IMG/VR virus record: IMGVR_UViG_3300048503_000069
Direction: 5' to 3' (one strand)
Length of the DNA stretch: 64,000 bases
From: an uncultured virus (IMG/VR IMGVR_UViG_3300048503_000069)
Lineage: Duplodnaviria; Heunggongvirae; Uroviricota; Caudoviricetes
Shown: positions 31,730-42,689 of the stretch, piece after piece
Numbering within the stretch: the first letter of the stretch is position 1
Layout: each line of letters starts with the position of its first letter
Notes under the pieces: model-generated
The model's input: only the letters and a program-made list of their open reading frames with translations
Told to the model about the DNA's origin: nothing
The model's database searches: none
Program-made: the position numbers and the translations under genes

Positions 31730-32106
31730 ATGAGACTTACGGCGAGCCGAGTAGAAGAGTTAAACGTCTTCGTGTTTGTATTTTGTATGACCGTTGGAAC
31801 GCTCGAATTAGTTCTAAATGTCCCTATTCTTTCGCCGGTGTTCGCGTCGCTCGTGTATTCTCTAGGAATTCTAAATCTTGTGTGCTTTATACAAGGATAC
31901 TAAAAAATGCCGATTAAAGGCTGGCCGCTACCGTGGGAATAAATTATGAAGCGAAACATTCATCAAAATACGGTTAAACGAATCATAAAAGGAAGCTCGA
32001 CTATCGAGGATTGTCCTCTCTGCAAAGAGAAAGATTATATGTACCTAACATTCTGCTTAACGTGCCTCGATAACGAAGGCGTTAACCGCGAGAAAGGCTA
32101 TGTCGA

Positions 32107-32721
32107 GTGCGGCCGGAAGAAATAATGAAATCAATAAAAAAAGAAAAGAGACTAACTAAAAAAGAGCAGCTTCAAAAAAGAAGATATGATTTTTGGAGAC
32201 TTATGTCTCACGGCGCAACTCTAGCCGACGCCGTTAAGATGATTTCAGAGAAATACGGTGTCGGTAAAGCCGTTTTATATAGCGATTGGGCTAAACGAGA
32301 GGAATGGGGTGTCGTCGAGGAACCAGAGAAAAATAGAATAGTAAAAGATGGTCTGTTTTCATTACAAGAAACAAGACGTTATCTTTGGAATCTTATTAAC
32401 GCTTCACCAGAACAGCTTAACGAAGACGGGGTATTAGTCGACTCTCGAGGCGTGCCGATGTGGCCGTTTGAATTACCAGATGTTAAGTTAAGAGCTACTA
32501 CGATAGCGAAGATTATAGAAACAGATTTCGCGGTTATCCGAATGACGCAAAGCATAGGCATCGTTCCGCAAAAGGGAATGACTATTTCTATGTTATCCGA
32601 AAACTCTGCTGAAATAGAAAAGAACCTAGACGCGTATTGCGGTGACGATGTAGAGCTAAAAAGAGCGGTATTAGTCGCACTCGATACGATGGCGAGGGGT
32701 GTAAGTGGCGAAGACTCCTAA
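32107..32721 (+). CDS. Putative terminase small subunit (HTH)
   Basis: HTH-like N-terminus; overlaps the TerL ATPase gene. Confidence 0.5.
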   Translation: MRPEEIMKSIKKEKRLTKKEQLQKRRYDFWRLMSHGATLADAVKMISEKYGVGKAVLYSDWAKREEWGVVEEPEKNRIVKDGLFSLQETRRYLWNLINASPEQLNEDGVLVDSRGVPMWPFELPDVKLRATTIAKIIETDFAVIRMTQSIGIVPQKGMTISMLSENSAEIEKNLDAYCGDDVELKRAVLVALDTMARGVSGEDS

Positions 32722-33583
32722 ATACACACTAAAGAAAAGACCGCGCGGTAGGCCGCGTAAAGAGAAACCGGCAGCGAAAGAGAAGAAAGAATACTCTACC
32801 GATGCAGTTCGTTATCTAAAGTATAAGATGGCCCCGGACGTGTGGGTAGAAGAAAACTATGATATAACGCTCGATTCGTGGCAGAAAGAAGCATTAAACA
32901 CCCAATCGAATCGCCTACTACTTAATTGTTCAAGACAGGCGGGAAAATCGACCGTTGTTTCTCTATTAGCGCTACACCATGCGTTATTTACACCTAAAGC
33001 ATTAGTCCTCGTCGTCTCACATACGGATATTCAAGCGAAAGAAACGTTTAAGAAAATAGCCGATAGCTTCCACGACCTAAAGACCGAATGGTATAAAAGC
33101 GAAGTAGACACCGTTTATGAGATTAGGTTTAACAATAAAAGTCGTATCATAGCACGAACGGGACAACAACCAGATAGCTTACGAGGGTATAGTGGTGTTA
33201 CGCTTTTAATCATCGACGAAGCTGCATCAGTTTTAGAAGAAAGTTATATGGTTCTTAAACCAATGCTTGCCGTCTCGAAAGGAAAGGTAGTTTTGCTTTC
33301 TACGCCTAAAGGTAAACGAGGTTTCTTCTATGATGCGTATAAAGACGCGCACGAGAATAACCGAGAGAGCTGGCATTACTTAGAAATAAAAGCCGACGAT
33401 TGTCCTAGAATCACGCAAGAATACTTACTAAGTGAAAAAGAGCGCAATCCCGATTGGGTATTCGAGCAAGAATACTATTGTGTCTTCATTTCGAATGTGA
33501 GCAACATTTTTCCAAACGTTGCCGACTTATTTATAGAAATGCCCCTAGACGACCACTGGTCATTCGATTTAGACTTGGATTAA
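32705..33583 (+). CDS. Terminase large subunit, ATPase domain only
   Basis: LDSWQ, SRQAGKS, LIIDEAA, LSTP..G.FY, EQEYYCVF, then stop. Confidence 0.88.
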   Translation: MAKTPKYTLKKRPRGRPRKEKPAAKEKKEYSTDAVRYLKYKMAPDVWVEENYDITLDSWQKEALNTQSNRLLLNCSRQAGKSTVVSLLALHHALFTPKALVLVVSHTDIQAKETFKKIADSFHDLKTEWYKSEVDTVYEIRFNNKSRIIARTGQQPDSLRGYSGVTLLIIDEAASVLEESYMVLKPMLAVSKGKVVLLSTPKGKRGFFYDAYKDAHENNRESWHYLEIKADDCPRITQEYLLSEKERNPDWVFEQEYYCVFISNVSNIFPNVADLFIEMPLDDHWSFDLDLD

Positions 33584-33619
33584 GAATAAATATATAAGGT
33601 TATACGTCCTTTTGATATT

Positions 33620-34240
33620 ATGGATAAAAAAGAGTACCAAAAGCAGTATCGAGCTAGGCATAGAGATAAGCTAGCCGAGTACAGCAAGCGGTACTACGCC
33701 GAGAACAAGGATAAATTTGCTAAATTAAATAAGCAATACCGCGAAGAGCATAAGGAAGAGTTAGCTGCTAAGGCAAAAGAGTACAATAAGCATTACTACG
33801 TTGAGAATAGAGAGCAGGTACTAGAGCGTTCGAATAAATGGAAAGCCGAGCATAAAGAAGAGTTAAAAGTAAAGTCTAGAGAATATTATCTTAAGCATTA
33901 CGAAGATACGTTAAAATGGAACGTCGAGCATCGAAAGAAAAAAGCAGAAATCGCTAAACGTTATCGTGAGACTCTTAATAAACGAGTAGAAGAGATTAGT
34001 CCTAATATCTGTTTTTTTAATGACGAACACGCTTGTAGAAGTCGTAAAGGCTGGAAGCTAGACCTACACGAAAAAAGTGGAAACGGTCATAATAAATGGG
34101 CCGTTAGGATTATTCTCGACGATACATCGAAAGCTAATGATTTTGTACGCTTATGCTCAAAACATCACGATATGGTACACGCTTTAATGGAGCTAGGCCG
34201 AACGTGGGATGAGATAGAGACGTTTATTAACATATGTTAA
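33620..34240 (+). CDS. HNH-like endonuclease with basic repeat N-terminus
   Basis: C..C..LDLHE...LCSKHHDMVH; own TATA ~33588. Confidence 0.65.
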   Translation: MDKKEYQKQYRARHRDKLAEYSKRYYAENKDKFAKLNKQYREEHKEELAAKAKEYNKHYYVENREQVLERSNKWKAEHKEELKVKSREYYLKHYEDTLKWNVEHRKKKAEIAKRYRETLNKRVEEISPNICFFNDEHACRSRKGWKLDLHEKSGNGHNKWAVRIILDDTSKANDFVRLCSKHHDMVHALMELGRTWDEIETFINIC

Positions 34241-34732
34241 CATAGGTGAAGAAATGACCTGCTACGAAGACTACGACTTTGGGCGCAGTGCTTCTCTCAC
34301 CGCGTCAAGGGTGGGCTTTCGCTTGTCGCTAAACCGTCCCAAGACGAGCACGACTTTCGAGGTCAGGGCATCAATGATATTGTGAGGCCTCTCATATGTT
34401 GTTAATAAGAAAATAAACTGAGCCATCTCAAACCCACACGTGGATAGCGGTAATTGAGAAAGAGCATAAGAAAATAGGCTATATTCTTATCACGAAGGAG
34501 ATTATGAGAAAATTTAGTGGGTGATAATATTGGACGATAAAGAGATATTAGATAACGTACTAGAGCTAGCAAAAGTTTACGCTATGCCGGGTATGCCCGG
34601 CGCACATCGCTTTACGCAAGTGTGTGAGTTTATCGTTGGGAGTAGAGCGGAGAACATACCTAAAATTGATAAGCGGTTAACTGCGCTAGAAGCTGAAATA
34701 GGTGCACTTCGCTGTTTAATTGCTAAGAAAGA

Positions 34733-35215
34733 ATGAAACAAGAAGACGCCTATAAAATCGCCGAGAAACACTGCACAGGGATTCGGTGGGACGGAAGCCC
34801 GTCAATCAGTCACATAAGACGAACCGCGCAGCTCACCGAGGACATAGTTAGGGACGTTTTTAACGAAGACTATCTTAACGTAGTTAAATGCGCGGCGATA
34901 CTTCACGACGTGATTGAGGATTGTTTAGATAAAGATGAGTTTGATAACTCCGCGCTTGACGATGTTATAATTTTTGACGACGTACATAGCGGGTTATTAG
35001 AGATAGTTTCTACACTTACACATCGTAAAGATGAACCTTATGAGAACTATATTAGTAGAGTTATTAATTCGCCCAATCTAGCCCCAACGTGTATTAAAAT
35101 AGCCGATATGATAGATAACTTAACCTCTAAAGGTGTAACCCTAAAGCAGCAGGCTAAGTATCGGAGAGCGCTACCGCGGTTAATTAAACGAATGTCTGGA
35201 TTAGAAAAGAGGTAG
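34733..35215 (+). CDS. HD-domain hydrolase (RelA/SpoT-HD, Mesh1-like)
   Basis: H.G..R..G.P.I.H, AILHDVIED, LTH, KIADMIDN. Confidence 0.8.
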   Translation: MKQEDAYKIAEKHCTGIRWDGSPSISHIRRTAQLTEDIVRDVFNEDYLNVVKCAAILHDVIEDCLDKDEFDNSALDDVIIFDDVHSGLLEIVSTLTHRKDEPYENYISRVINSPNLAPTCIKIADMIDNLTSKGVTLKQQAKYRRALPRLIKRMSGLEKR

Positions 35216-35216
35216 A

Positions 35217-35939
35217 ATGAAAGCTCTTTGTCACGTTTCGTATGAGCTAAAACCTAAAAAACCGTCACTAGCCGCCGGAAAAGTATTCGGTAGCTTTGGG
35301 TTAGACTCGGAACAGGGTAAGCGCGAGTATGTGAAACCATTCACTCTCGAGTTTAAAGAGAGAGACATTATTGCGTTTGTTGGCACCTCTGGAACTGGTA
35401 AAACAACCTGCTTACAGCAGCTAAAAGCGCAAACGCTCGGGCTCGACCTAAACGAGTTAGTTTTCGATAATGATAAAACCGTTATAGAACATTTTAATGA
35501 TTATGACGTTGGGCTAAAGAACCTAAGCATTTGTGGTCTAGCCGAAGCGCAACTTTTTATGCGGTATCCATTCGAGCTAAGCGACGGGCAAAGGTATAGG
35601 TTTAGAATGGCTCTCGGGCTTAGCGATAAACGAAACGTGTTAGTGTGCGATGAGTTTCTAGCCACGTTAGACCGGATAAGCGCGAAAACTATTGCGTTTA
35701 GCATTAGAAAACTAATTTCGAATAGCGATAAAATCTTAGCGATAGCCACCACACACGAAGATATTCTCGAAGACCTGCAACCGAACATAATCGTTAATTT
35801 CGGCCCCGAAGGCGTAGAAATCGCGAATAAAGAGATAATTAAAAAAAAATCTCATTTTATAATAATCTCGTCATTGCACGGGGCTCTAGAGCAGATTGGA
35901 ACCGGTTTAGTAAGTGGCACTACCGAGGAAAAGAAATAG
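35217..35939 (+). CDS. ABC-type ATPase (N-terminal part of ABC-GNAT)
   Basis: GTSGTGKT, LSDGQRYR, CDEF, ATTHED. Confidence 0.85.
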   Translation: MKALCHVSYELKPKKPSLAAGKVFGSFGLDSEQGKREYVKPFTLEFKERDIIAFVGTSGTGKTTCLQQLKAQTLGLDLNELVFDNDKTVIEHFNDYDVGLKNLSICGLAEAQLFMRYPFELSDGQRYRFRMALGLSDKRNVLVCDEFLATLDRISAKTIAFSIRKLISNSDKILAIATTHEDILEDLQPNIIVNFGPEGVEIANKEIIKKKSHFIIISSLHGALEQIGTGLVSGTTEEKK

Positions 35940-36478
35940 GTTTTTTGAAGTATGCGTATATCCTCATTCACGATGACGAACCGATTGCCTTCTGTGGCTT
36001 CTCACCACCGGGGCTCGCAAACTCAGTTAGAATTCGTATTTTTCGCGGTAGCTATAAGAAAATGACGACACGAACGGCAGAAATCATTAATTCTAGGTTT
36101 ATAAACCTAAGTCGTATCGTTATCGACCCTAGATATAGGGGTGCCGGAATTGCTAGTGATTTCGTTAAAGCGTGCTGCTTATATGATGATTTAGTAAAAG
36201 AGCGATTCATCGAACTTATTACCTCGATGGGACAGATAAATCAATTCTGGAAGAAAGCCGGATTTAAAGACTACGGGCAAACGATGAGCGACACCATCGG
36301 CGGAACAGTTTCAATCGGCGGTGCTTCGCGAAAGAAGAAAGCAAAGACCGGGCAACATAATTGGCCCCACGAGAATCAGGGTGGACACGTTCGCTCAGAA
36401 ACGAAAGCTCAAAGTAAGTTGGCGGTCATGAGATACTATCTACTCGATATAAAGAAGGCTAAAGGAGAGAATAAATGA
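35841..36478 (+). CDS. GNAT acetyltransferase domain reached by -1 shift at A9
   Basis: -1 frame is open from the A9 run: KISFYNN..WNRFSKWHYRG..LSRIVIDPRYRGAGIA. Confidence 0.72.
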
Positions 36479-36723
36479 TAAAAATATATTCACTGCCGGT
36501 ATGTCCGAATTGTAAAGTATTAAAAACCACCTTAAAAGAACGTAACATTACGTTCGAAGAGGAAGAACTCGGAACACCCAAAGTAAAAACAGAAATGCTT
36601 ATGCACCACGTTTTTACAGACATGGCACCAGTACTTCGTGTTGATGATAAATATTATACCTCTATAGAAATCTTTAATGAAAAAGGAGATGTAAAGGTAG
36701 ACATACTAAATACGCTATCGTAA
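36475..36723 (+). CDS. Glutaredoxin-like protein
   Basis: IYSLPVCPNCKVLK, APVL. Confidence 0.85.
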   Translation: MIKIYSLPVCPNCKVLKTTLKERNITFEEEELGTPKVKTEMLMHHVFTDMAPVLRVDDKYYTSIEIFNEKGDVKVDILNTLS

Positions 36724-37108
36724 AATGGCAGACCCTAATACATTAGTAATAAACGACGGAGTAAGCGACTACTCGACTGAACCAATACTAGAACAGTGTC
36801 TAACCTGCGAGCACGTAAAACTAGACGACGTGCAGGGCGGGGGTCTAGTCTATAATGTTACGTGCGGCGCGTTTCATACGCCGTATCTTAAATTCACGGC
36901 AGAAGGAGAAGGAGATACACTTGTTGTTACCGAAGAGCATTGTAAATATCGCGTACGAATAAGAGATGAAAAATGACAACATGGACATTTCCGCCGGAAC
37001 TCCAAGTGGAAAAGCGATAAACTGTGGAACGATTGGCATTGTCTAGTAGAATATTATGGTACGATGTGTTTTCAAAAGAAAAGAAGGACTATATGGCTTC
37101 CTTAGACG

Positions 37109-38852
37109 AAAAATCCGCGAGAGAATAGTATGTGGATACTACACGACACGACATTTACCTTTTTTGATGATGTATTTATTTTTAGTAAAGCGTTCGAAGT
37201 AATAGGCCGCCCTAGTTACGTGATTCTTCATTGGCAGAACGAAAATATTGCACATTCGATTGTTGATGAAGAGTCATATCGACAAACAAAGGATAAATTA
37301 CATAATTTAGCTAAGAGATTGCTATCGAGAGATTTATGGCAAATGGCTGATTATCATAAAGCGCTTGCTAGGCCGATTATAACGCCCGAAGTCGTTGAAA
37401 GACTAGAATCGCTTGTAGGCACGCGCATATATCGAGACTTAGTCACAGGCATAGAAACGCGCGAAGCCTACTACGGTGAAAAATCGCGAGGGAAAAGATA
37501 TGACTAAACTAATAATTAGCATAAGTGATGAAAACATAGCGTGCTGGGAAGAATATAAACTAGATTTAGCTTATGAAGCGCGAAGATGGGCCGAAAAAAG
37601 AGAAGTTAAGCTCGGTAAAATAATAATAACCGACGATGAAGCTATCTCGGGACTTTTCGACTGCGTAGAAGAGGAAGGAATTTTCTGTTGGGACCTTCTA
37701 TGGAAAATCGTAGAACGAAATGCTTTAGAAGGCGAATTAGAGCCACAATAACGAAAAATCCGCGCGGGAATAACATGCCGAATTGTAAAGATTGTGAAAA
37801 TAACGTATTACCTAACTATTGGCCTCCGTGTGCGTTTAGCGCGCCTAAGAACATAAAGATGCACGATAAAGAGTGTTCAAAATTTACTCCTATGAAGTTT
37901 CCGCATACCTTTTGGCGCGGAATGTCTCATGGCGGCTGTTACATCATAAACGAAAAAAGAGAGGTCATAAACGACATTAAATTCGGCCCGTATGACTAAA
38001 AATCCGCGTGTGAGAAGAAATGACTAACGAATCGTTTGATATAATAACAGAAATTAAATACGCCGACCGTATAACAGGGGATATCGTCGAATATGCTAAA
38101 GGCATGGACTCTACAGGAAAAATACATTATTTCTTATTAGAACCGATGGGTACTAAAACTCGCTGGACTGAATTAAACGAATATGCCTATGAGAAAAATA
38201 AATTCGATATGAAAGATTTATTTATGATTGTTCCGAACGAAATAAACCACGTAAAGACTCTCTAGACTAAAAAATCCGCGTGTGAGATGAAATGACTAAC
38301 GACACACAATTTATTATAAAAACATTCCATAACGATAGTGTGTATATTAACGACGCTATAGACTTAGAAATATCCGACGTAGGCGAATACGACCTTTTAG
38401 CCTTAATGAGATTAATCATAATAGAACTAGAGACTCGGCATCTAATCCCGCAAGATATGGCGTATGAATACTAAAAAATCCGCGAGTGAGCTAAACGATG
38501 ATTAAAAAGTCTAAACGAATCGAAACTAAAGAAGTCGAGGACGTTACCTACATCTGCGACCGCTGTGGTAAGGCGGCAAAACGAGGCAATTATACTCCCG
38601 CACTTCGAGAATGTTGCATATGTGGTCGGTGGATTTGTCGTTCCTGCGCTATCGGTTTTGACTCACTTGAATACGAGGGGTATGCTTATGACCGCCCGTA
38701 TTATCGTGCCTGTCGTGAATGTTTAGATGCTGGCGATTATAGGCAACGAATAAAAGAAGCACAAGAAAACGCAGATATGATAAAGGCCGCTGTTTTAAAA
38801 GAATGGAGAATGGCGTCTAAAGTGAAAAATTTCGCGAGAGAGTAGAATAATG
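37109..38852 (+). repeat. Seven AAAAAT(C)CGCG-type motifs, each just upstream of an ATG
   Basis: Motifs at ~37109, 37479, 37754, 37998, 38269, 38473, 38825; ATGs at 37130, 37500, 37775, 38020, 38292, 38498, 38850. Confidence 0.85.
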
Positions 38853-38999
38853 AGCCTAAGAGAAGTACCATGTATCACCTGTAACTATAACATGGAATAT
38901 TACACTCGTAGTAACGGAAGACTAGAACACTGTGGAGCGAAATGTCTTCGATTAAGAAAAAGGAGAGCCGTAGCTCAGGCGCCTCCAGCGACCTACTAA
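38850..38999 (+). CDS. Small Cys-containing protein (49 aa, not in the ORF track)
   Basis: MSLREVPCITCNYN..HCGAKC; follows the seventh motif. Confidence 0.55.
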   Translation: MSLREVPCITCNYNMEYYTRSNGRLEHCGAKCLRLRKRRAVAQAPPATY

Positions 39000-40398
39000 A
39001 CTGAAAAAACATAGCTCGACCCTCTCGGCATACATCTTCACACACGAAAGGTATTAGGGTGGCGTATCATCCCTATAACGGCCTTCTTTGCACTTCGAAA
39101 AAAGAAAGGATAAGGTAGTTGCTAGGTGACGCTACATATCGATAGGTAGGGGTCGAAAAAAGAAAAGAAAGAATAACATCCGGCGAAGTTTAGGTTTAGG
39201 GGCTGTGAAGCGCTTCGATACCTCTTTTTCTAGATGAGCACCTAAGGTTAATAATGAATAACGCCTACACTTCTTTCTTTTTTCTAACGAAGCAATATGT
39301 CTCGGGTAAGTTCTTTAACGAAGCCCGTAGCGGCCATTTCTGAAAATGTTGATAAAGAGAAATAACGGTGACTGCCACACCTTCCGTTAGCGCTTTATTC
39401 CCGCGATGTAGGAACAATGCTCATCGGTGCGTGTGGTCGAGGCCGTTAAGATACAAAAGAAGGGTAAGGTATCTTCATCACCACGACTCGCGCGATGAAC
39501 GTGCGGGTAGGTAACGGACAACAGAACGGACAACCAACGGACAACTAATCGGCCACTCTCAACCCGACCACCCGGCTACAACCGATGACTCATTGGGTGG
39601 TGTGGCATTGGTGGAGTGTGGGCCTAGAGGCAAGAAGGCCACTAGGGGTAGTATGTCACCCACTACACCATTAGACATAGCCACACTCTCCTTCTCTTCA
39701 TCACGAGACGAGGGTGAGTCGGGTGGGTGAGGGCGAGTCGCGGGTAGAAGGCCACTCAGCGACTTGGCCACTATGCCATCCGAGAAGGTAGGTGTAGTCT
39801 ATAGATAGGCGGGTGGTGTAGAGTAGACTGATGGGTGTGATAAGGTGGTGGGCTAAAGGCCACACGGCCACGTGGGCCACATAGCAACAGAGATGAGGCT
39901 AGTCTTTGTTAGTTCGTGCATCGAAGAGACGACGAGCGATGGGCTAGGGAAAGAAATACTAGCAAGGCAACTATAGTATCATCCCTTTATTAATTCTTTA
40001 ACCCAACCGAGCCACCGGCCTAGGTAGGGGGGTAGGTATACACGGAGAGTAGTTACGGGTGACATATCTTGGGCTATAGGCCGACCGACGGATAAAAGGC
40101 CGGCGTTATGGCGACCAATTAAAAGAAATCTGCTGGAAAAAATGAGTCTCGCCACCAATCAGGGCGTGCAAACAGGCAATACGCCCTTCGGGAACGGCGT
40201 CAATTTTTCGGAATTCTCTAGAATCTTCGTAGTAAATTCGAAAGTAGCAAAACGGCGATTCGGTTTCCTAGGCGGTGATAATTTTTCCGAAAATCGAGTC
40301 GAGTAAGGAATCGTGCCTTTATATACCCCTACTCGTGTTAACATATGTTAATTTCCTTTACGAAATATATATAACATATTCCGCACTATAGAAATTAT
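39000..40398. other. Long non-coding region with AACGGACAAC x3 and GGCCAC x7
   Basis: No credible ORF; direct repeats 39513-39545; co-oriented GGCCAC 39551-39880. Confidence 0.7.
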
Positions 40399-40876
40399 AT
40401 GTGGACGTGCAGTTGCGGTAGAAACTTTATCGCTCGACCTGACGCTACGGGTGAACTACGAACAAAGTGCAGTACGTGTCTAAGTGAAGAGCACCGTAAA
40501 CTTCCCGAAGTTATGGAACAAACGCGCGCGCGAGAAAGAAGATGGTATGCTAAACATATAGACTACCGGCGAGAGTATCAGCGAAATTATCGCGCGCGTC
40601 GTAGGGGTGCGTAACGGTGGCCCACTGTGCGGGTTGCGGTAAGACGTTTATCGCGAAGAAAAAGAAATTGGCTCGAGCTAATAAACGAATATTCGAAGCG
40701 CATACGCTATGTTCGCTATGTAAGCATAAAGAATATAATAAGGCGTGGAGAGATAAAGTTGTTATCTAAGGTAGTGATGGAAATTGGAATATATTTCATA
40801 AGCGGTATTCTAGCGATAGGACTTATAATTACTGAAACTCTTTTATTTATAGAACTAAAGCTTAAGAACCAAAAGA

Positions 40877-41632
40877 ATGCCACGTAGAGCGCCAATTTGG
40901 GGTCTTGAACATCTTTCAGATGATGAATACAAGACATCTTTAGAGGGTCGATATAAGGATAGAGAACTCCCGACAGAAGCCACACTAAAAGCGCGTAAGG
41001 AAAGCCAAGAGAAACGCGAAAAAATAGTTATAGTTGGCATAGACCTCGGAAAGGAGGTTGATGCAACTGTTTTAGCCATCGTCGAACCAACCGAGAACTA
41101 CGAAAATCCTATTTATCTAGTGCACAATGTTATCCCCGTCCGCTTAGGGACAAGTTACGCAACGATAATAAGTAGTGTTGCGGCACTCGACGAACAGCTT
41201 CGTCTCCGTAAGAACGCAATTGATGTTAAGTACGTAGTAGACGCCGGGGGTGCGGGGGGCGTCGTCGATAGTCTCGAAGAAGCGCTGCCTAAAGCGGATA
41301 TTTATAAGGTGCATATAACCTCGGGGTACGAATCCACTATCCATGATGATTTTAAAATCGGGCTCCCTAAACGCGAGTGGGTCACCACCCTTAAAAAAGT
41401 ATTAGAAGCGAAAAGAGTTAGGTTTCATTATATCGACGACGACGGTAGAAGAGATTCGGGGATGAGACTCTTAGAAAACGAAATTAACAATTTTCAGATG
41501 AAGATTTCTCAAACGGGATACGATAAATACGAAGCAAGTAGCGGACATCACGACGACGCGGTTCAAGCATTAGGGTTAGCCATCTGGTTCGGCGAGCGTG
41601 AAGCGGGGCGTGGGCCGTTACGAATATGGTAG
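40877..41632 (+). CDS. Terminase large subunit, RNase H-like nuclease domain only
   Basis: VGIDLGKEVDATVL, VVDAGGAG, HHDDAVQALGLA. Confidence 0.82.
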   Translation: MPRRAPIWGLEHLSDDEYKTSLEGRYKDRELPTEATLKARKESQEKREKIVIVGIDLGKEVDATVLAIVEPTENYENPIYLVHNVIPVRLGTSYATIISSVAALDEQLRLRKNAIDVKYVVDAGGAGGVVDSLEEALPKADIYKVHITSGYESTIHDDFKIGLPKREWVTTLKKVLEAKRVRFHYIDDDGRRDSGMRLLENEINNFQMKISQTGYDKYEASSGHHDDAVQALGLAIWFGEREAGRGPLRIW

Positions 41633-42278
41633 TAGAAAGATGTAGAGTAGCACTTGCTAATCTTATCGATTCACAAAACACGCGATTAGCAAAACTACCG
41701 CGCGCACGAAAAGATAGAGCGCCATTTCGAAAGCGGCGGTACGCGGGGTGGATTCTCACAGGTCCCGACGTAAAAACTAAAGTCTTTATTAGACAGTATC
41801 TAAACGGCGAAGTTAGGTAACGCAGGTGTTAAATGTTCGTCTGTGAGTATTGTAAATTCCCGATTAAACACACCGAATTCGGTTTCTCGACCGGCGATGG
41901 AAAAGTATGGCATAATGATTGTCTTGTTAAACAACTATTCGGCGAGGTAAAGGATGAACTACGAGAAGATGAACGTCCGGCAACTCTTAGAGAAAAGTAA
42001 AGAACTCGACCACGAACTACAAAATATTAATCAGGTTCTTTCTAAAAAATTAGAGCAGTTTTATAAACTCACTGAAGACGAGAATTTTGATTCTCCTTAC
42101 TATTGGCAGATATATGACGCAACATTCGGCACGGCGAGTAAAGTATAAAAGGAAATACAATAATGAGAGAAGTGCGTTGTAAGTTAGACAACATCTTAGT
42201 TCAGTTCGCCGACGTCGCAGGCACGATACCTAAAAAGTGTGTTACCTGCGAATTTCTGCGTTCCGAAGCGAAAGTTAG

Positions 42279-42689
42279 TTGGTGTACGCAATGAACTGTT
42301 CGGGACTCTGTTGCGCGACATATGCAGTTATCCCGCTTCGAGCGGGAGAAGCTAATCGAATAGCAGAGTACCTAGAAATCCCAATAGACGAGTTTCGTGA
42401 GAACTACATTCAACCGTGGCGAAAAGAAGCACATTACGAAAGCGCTAGAAATGGCGATATGCTTGCTGAAAGCTTTAAGATTAGTCCTGCGTGCGCCTTC
42501 TGGACAACCGGACTATGCGGAATACACGAAGTAAAGCCACTCACTTGTAAACTCTTCGCGCCTGCGTGCGTCGCGCACTCGTGGCTCGAGCGCGAAGAAT
42601 GCGTACAGAAGCATAAAGACCGACTTAAAAGACAGGAACATTATCTAAACGTAAACATTTTAAGGGACTATTATGGTAAAGGAAATTAA
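42279..42689 (+). CDS. YkgJ-like Cys-cluster protein
   Basis: CSGLCC, CAF..CGIHEVKPLTCKLF. Confidence 0.72.
   Translation: MVYAMNCSGLCCATYAVIPLRAGEANRIAEYLEIPIDEFRENYIQPWRKEAHYESARNGDMLAESFKISPACAFWTTGLCGIHEVKPLTCKLFAPACVAHSWLEREECVQKHKDRLKRQEHYLNVNILRDYYGKGN

Noticed and set aside
37109..38852. CRISPR array or integron interpretation of the motif array
   Set aside because: Spacers are whole genes, repeats are short and degenerate, and no cas genes, attC hairpins or integrase are visible.
33583..40877. Self-splicing intron joining the terminase halves
   Set aside because: The interval is full of independent genes and I could not see group I/II core motifs.
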